DNA of 64,000 bases, taken from positions 56,906,778 to 56,970,777 of the forward strand of contig JASCQW010000109.1 of the NCBI GenBank assembly GCA_030264375.1, in the 5' to 3' direction. The notes under the pieces were generated by a model that worked only from the letters and a program-made list of their open reading frames with translations, had not been told where the DNA came from and ran no database searches. Below, piece by piece: positions 62,630 to 64,000 of the stretch. The DNA is from Carcharhinus longimanus (lineage: Eukaryota). Every line of letters starts with the position of its first letter. Position 1 is the stretch's first letter. A program made the position numbers and the translations under genes.

Positions 62630-64000
62630 GTAAAAGACCCCTTGAGGAAAAAGTGATTGCAATACAATTGAGTCCTGTGATTGCAATACAATTGAGTCCT
62701 GCAATAAGTTTGAGAGTGACAAAGTTGGGCTCAAAACAAGAATCGTCAAATTAAATTTAAAGCCAATTAAATTATCATGAGGTGAAAGTTGGCTAAATTT
62801 GACAGGTGAACAGTCTAAAAATTGTGGTGGTAACATCATAAACAACAGAAAACATTTAAAGTAATTATTCAACAAAAATATTTTTATTCCATCCAAGAAC
62901 AAAAACTCAATGAGACAGTTGCGCCTGTGGCTCACCAGGGAAGTTAAGGATCAGGCTGAAATAAAGCAAGGTCACATTGGTGCAGTGGTTAGCGTTGCTG
63001 TCTCACAGCACCAGGGCCCTGGGTTCAATCCCAGCCTCTAACTGTGTGGAGTTTGCACTTTCTTCCTGTGTCTGCATGGGTTTCCTCCAGATGCTCTGGT
63101 TTCCTCCTACTTTCCTCCAAAGATATGCAGGTTAGGTGGATTGGCCATGCTCAATCGCCCCTTACTGTCAGGGAGATTAGCAGGGTAAATATGTTGCTTA
63201 CACAGATAGGGCCTGGGTAGGACTGTTGTTGGCGCAGGCCTGATGGGCTGAATGACCATTTTCTGCATTGTATGGCTCCTAGGAGCCTCATTATATGATA
63301 GAAATCTGACCAATTCTGAGGAATGGACGATTTTAGAAACCAGCTAAGGTCAAATAAAAATGTGATAAAAAAGTGAAGAACATTAATTCACCAGGAATAT
63401 AAAAATAAATGGTAACAGATTTTACAAGTATATAAAAAAAATTAACTAAAATAAATGCAGATCCCTTAGATGCAGGAACCGGGATATGGGATATGAGCAA
63501 ATTGCAGAGACATCAAACAAATATTTTGTGCCTGTTGTCACAGTTGAAGACACAAATGACATACCAAAAATAAAGGGGAACCAAAAGGCTAATAAGAATG
63601 AGGAAGTTTAAATAATCAGTATCAACAGATCAAATGTAGCAGAGAAACTTAAGGAAATAAGAAAGGGTCAAACTTAGAAAATCAACATTGATAGGGACAA
63701 GTCCTCCAGGCCTGATGGCCTACAGCCTAGGGTATTAAGAGATAGTGGACCCATTGGCTTCAATATTCCAAAATTCCCTGGACAGAGGAAAGATTCCAAT
63801 GGATTGGAATGTAACATCCTTTCAAAAAGGGAGGGAAGCAAAATGTGGGAAATTACAGACAAGTTAGTTTAACATCTGTTGTTGGGAAAGTTAGAATCAA
63901 AGAAACAATATCAGGACATTTGAAAAGTCAAAACACTATCCATCAGAGTCAGCACGGTTTTAAGAAAGGAAACTCATGTTTGACTAATTTCCTAGAGTTC
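62630..64000 (+). mobile_element. Decayed CR1 LINE ORF2, continues past the window
   Basis: aagtcctccaggcctgatggcctacagcctagggtattaa; agtcagcacggttttaagaaaggaaactcatgtttgactaat (SQHGFKKGNSCLTN). Confidence 0.8.
62970..63275 (+). mobile_element. HE1 V-SINE with CR1 tail, nested in CR1
   Basis: head, body, tail. Confidence 0.85.

Noticed and set aside
62653-62702. 24-bp tandem repeat gtgattgcaatacaattgagtcct x2
   Set aside because: Simple slippage duplication inside a decayed CR1; no spacers, not CRISPR-like

Overview
Eukaryotic, AT-rich, repeat-dense intronic or intergenic DNA from a gapped draft assembly, almost certainly a shark or other elasmobranch (HE1-type V-SINEs, CR1/HER1 LINE tails, a Deu-domain SINE). 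I cannot support any intact protein-coding gene. The listed ORFs are SINE read-throughs, N-gap artefacts or decayed retroelement/transposase fragments. The window holds over 20 V-SINE copies or fragments with two alternative 3' tails, six copies of a second tRNA-derived SINE, many CR1 fragments, Rex1/Babar, RTE and L2/CR1-group LINE fragments, and a PIF/Harbinger transposase remnant with related TIR elements (several with 3-bp TSDs). Penelope-like sequences carry minimal hammerhead ribozyme motifs of three sequence types, two of them in long palindromes. Every hammerhead copy has at least one core or cleavage-site defect. Unique stretches show splice-signal-bounded segments (an 11-nt micro-exon candidate, a non-coding exon cluster near 56.9-57.9 kb, a promoter-like island), suggesting an unidentified host gene. 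Family names come from recalled consensus features, not database searches, and repeat boundaries are approximate unless a TSD is quoted.
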